Assembly (NCBI GenBank): GCA_963727785.1
Contig: CAVSHS010000018.1
Span: 17,439-81,438 of the forward strand
Direction: 5' to 3'
Length of the DNA: 64,000 nucleotides
Source of the DNA: an uncultured Solirubrobacteraceae bacterium
GTDB taxonomy: Bacteria; Actinomycetota; Thermoleophilia; Solirubrobacterales; Solirubrobacteraceae
The translations under genes were made by a program, and so were the position numbers. This document shows, piece by piece, positions 61,833 through 64,000 of the stretch (positions are counted from its first letter, which is position 1; each line of letters begins with the position of its first letter). The notes beneath the pieces are model-generated. The model saw only the letters and a list, made by a program, of their open reading frames with translations, made no database searches and was not told the DNA's origin.

Positions 61833-62159
61833 CTAGGCGGTCGAGCGGGCGAGCGCCGGCGGCGGGCGCACGGCGAGCGAGGCGGCGATGAGGCGCCCGC
61901 CGCGCGGCAGGCGGTGCAGCGCCGGGCGCGCCGTCGGCACGAGCGCCGCCGCGGGACGCCGGCGGGCGGCGACGAACGCGGCCGCCAGGCGCGCGAGCTG
62001 CTCCTCGCCGACGTAGCGGCCGGCGAGCAGCGGCAGCGCGAACACGAGCGCCGGCGCCGCCAGCAGCACGTCGCTGTGGACGCCGACGAGGGTCAGCGAG
62101 GCCAGCGCGAGCGTGAGCCCGGCGAGCGCGAACAGCAGCTGACGATCGCGACGCGTCAT
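61833..62159 (-). CDS. small two-TM membrane protein, paralog A
   Basis: ATG at 62159 (alternative 62171). Text LLFALAGLTLALASLTLVG...LLAAPALVFALPLLAGRYVGEEQLARL...RLIAASLAVRPPP. Homologous to the divergent gene at 62260-62586. Confidence 0.6.
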   Translation of the reverse strand: MTRRDRQLLFALAGLTLALASLTLVGVHSDVLLAAPALVFALPLLAGRYVGEEQLARLAAAFVAARRRPAAALVPTARPALHRLPRGGRLIAASLAVRPPPALARSTA

Positions 62160-62259
62160 GCAGGCCGCCATCGTGACCGACCGCACGGTGCACCGCAACC
62201 GGGAACGGTCCCGATGCGTTGCGCCGAAGATCGGTCGCCTGCTATACGTTCCGGTTCTC

Positions 62260-62586
62260 ATGGGTGGGGGATCATTCAAGCACGGGCGCGTTGCGAGCCT
62301 CGGTGCGCTGGTCGCGGTGGCTGCGGTGCTCGCAGCCACGCTGCCGGGCGTCGCCCTGCTGCTCGCCCCGGCGCTTGCGCTGTTCGCCGTCCTGCTGCTC
62401 GGATTCACCCCCGGTGAGCACCTCCTCGAGCGGATGCGGGCGCGGCGCTTTCAGGGCCGCCCGGCCCGCGCCCCGCGCACGCTGGCGGTCCGTCGTGTCG
62501 TCGTCGTCCGGCGCATGACCTCGCTGGCGGCGTCCGCGCTCGCGATGCGCCCGCCCCCACCGGCCGCCCCGGCACTCATCAGCTAG
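62260..62586 (+). CDS. small two-TM membrane protein, paralog B
   Basis: ATG at 62260. Text LGALVAVAAVLAATLPG...LLLAPALALFAVLLLGFTPGEHLLERM...SLAASALAMRPPP. Aligns along its length with paralog A. Confidence 0.6.
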   Translation: MGGGSFKHGRVASLGALVAVAAVLAATLPGVALLLAPALALFAVLLLGFTPGEHLLERMRARRFQGRPARAPRTLAVRRVVVVRRMTSLAASALAMRPPPPAAPALIS

Positions 62587-62656
62587 GGCGCCCCTGGTCC
62601 GTTGCGGACCGGCCTCGCGCCCGGTCCACATACGTCGATCAGGAAGGAGGACGCCC

Positions 62657-63884
62657 ATGCGTCCCTCGCAGGTTCTCGCCGTGCACCCTCGTCGTGCGCG
62701 CACCGCAGCAACTCGTACGTTCATCGCCGCGATCGCGGTCGGCCTCGCCCTCTGTCCCGCGGCGCTGGCAGCGGCGCCCGCCCCGTGCGGCGGGGTCGTC
62801 CAGATCTCCGACAACACCGGCGACGGCCATCATGCGAACACCGACGTGCAGTCGGCGTGGTTCTCCGAGCAGGCCGGCCGGCTGCAGGCCGTCATCAAGG
62901 TCACCAGCGGCGACTGGCGGCCGATGCACGTCGATTCCACGACCGCCAGCTGGGCGATGCTGTTCGATGTCGCCGGGCAGCAGCACTTCGTGCGCGTCGT
63001 GGCCACGAAGGCCGGCGACGATCTCCTACGACTACGGGACCTGGACGCTCGCCGGCGGCTTCGTGAGCGCCGGCGCGACGACCGGCGAGCTCACGACGGG
63101 ACCCGGGGCGACGGTGACGATCGACGTGCCCGCCGCGACCGGCGCCGCGGCGGGGACGGTGCTCGCGCGTCCGTTCGTGCTGACGTACGAGAGCGACCCC
63201 GCCGAGCCGGGCCCGGTCGACCGCGCACCCGGCGGCGTGACGGCGCAGGAGGCGGCCTTCGGCGCCGACTACGTCGTCGGGTCCTGCCAGCCGCCCGGGA
63301 CGGCCGGCTCGGGCGCGGGCGGCGGCGACGCCCCGGCCGGCGGCGGCGAGGTCGCGCCGGCGGCGACGACCGCGGTCGTCCTCGACGCGCCCAAGCGGAT
63401 CGTCGGGGCGCGGCGGGTGCGGGCCGGCGGGCGCGTCGTCCCCGCCCGCGGCGGCGTGCCCGTCCAGATCACCACGAAGGCGCGCGGATCCGCGAAGCCG
63501 GCGATCGTGCGGTCGGCCACCACGCTCGCGGACGGCAGCTTCAGCGTCGTGGTCCCGGTCTCGGAGAGCTCGACGATGACCGCCGTCGCCGAGCAGATCA
63601 ACGCCCAGACGCTGACGGTCGTCGTGCAGTCGACGGTCCGGTTGACGCTGCGCCGCCTCGCGAACGGCAAGACCGTCGCAAGCGGCCGGGTGGCGCCGAG
63701 CCTCCCCGGGCGGGTGCTGCTGCTGCGCACCAACGCGGCCGTCCCCTCCGCCCGCACGGTGGCGCGCCGCGGGCTGTTCCGCTTCCCCGCCCGGCGCCTT
63801 GCCCGCGGCCGCTACCAGGCCGTCTTCATCCCGTCCGGCAACCGCGCCGAGCGGTCCACCTCGCGGTCGGGGGTCGTTCGATGA
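62657..63884 (+). CDS. secreted hypothetical protein (about 409 aa), apparent +1 frameshift at 63020
   Basis: ATG at 62657 after AGGAAGGAGG. This N-terminal frame is absent from the ORF track because it has no stop before the window end. Signal ...IAVGLALCPAALAAAPA. ...VVATKAGD continues in the next frame as ISYDYGTWTLAGGF.... Span is 1228 nt (3n+1). Confidence 0.7.
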
Positions 63885-64000
63885 GGCGTCGCCACAGGTC
63901 CCGCATCGCCGGGGCGGCCGTTGCCGCTCGCGGCGCTCTGCCTCCCCGCCGCCGCCGGGGCGCACTCCAGCGTCTACGCATCGACGGCGCCTGTCGGCTG
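63881..64000 (+). CDS. 5' part of a secreted protein (continues beyond the window), probable frameshift about 63925
   Basis: The ATG overlaps the upstream stop (ATGA). MRRRHRSRIAGAAVAA then, in the next frame, AALCLPAAAGAHSSVYASTAPVG gives a normal signal peptide. Confidence 0.45.
   Translation, partial: MRRRHRSRIAGAAVAARGALPPRRRRGALQRLRIDGACRL

Overview
Very GC-rich 64 kb window that reads like an Actinomycetota-type chromosome (inference from gene content and order). Most of it is a conserved housekeeping backbone: cysS-rlmB-sigH; ispF/ispD-carD-disA-radA; clpC; lysS-greA-dus-coaX; folK-folB-folP-ftsH-hpt-tilS. Small accessory blocks are interspersed. These include an orphan siderophore-binding protein with an AraC regulator, and an acyltransferase-3 plus two-domain methyltransferase next to tRNA-Thr. 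There is also a PspC/LiaF-type envelope-stress two-component module, a MerR-HTH::class III cyclase fusion, a three-module peptidoglycan hydrolase and a beta-oxidation/PadR/Sir2 operon. The last block is a YcnI/CopCD copper operon with an uncharacterised exported protein and a pair of divergent paralogous mini membrane proteins. I see one tRNA and no rRNA, CRISPR array, transposase, integrase or recognisable defence system. The main caveat is technical. At about 27 places a clearly recognisable protein continues in the +1 frame, and every repaired gene length is 3n+1 or 3n+2. Essential genes such as cysS, lysS, tilS, folP and hpt are hit, so single-base insertion errors in the assembly are the most likely cause. 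This also explains the 900-1400 aa chimeric ORFs in the ORF track. Coordinates for interrupted genes span the whole reconstructed gene. The most interesting leads are the copper operon whose exported products all start with His after the signal peptide, the divergent paralog pair beside it, the PspC module, the cyclase fusion with adjacent perfect palindromes, and several long perfect hairpins or repeats in intergenic and 5' coding regions. All family assignments are from motifs read by eye; nothing was searched against databases.
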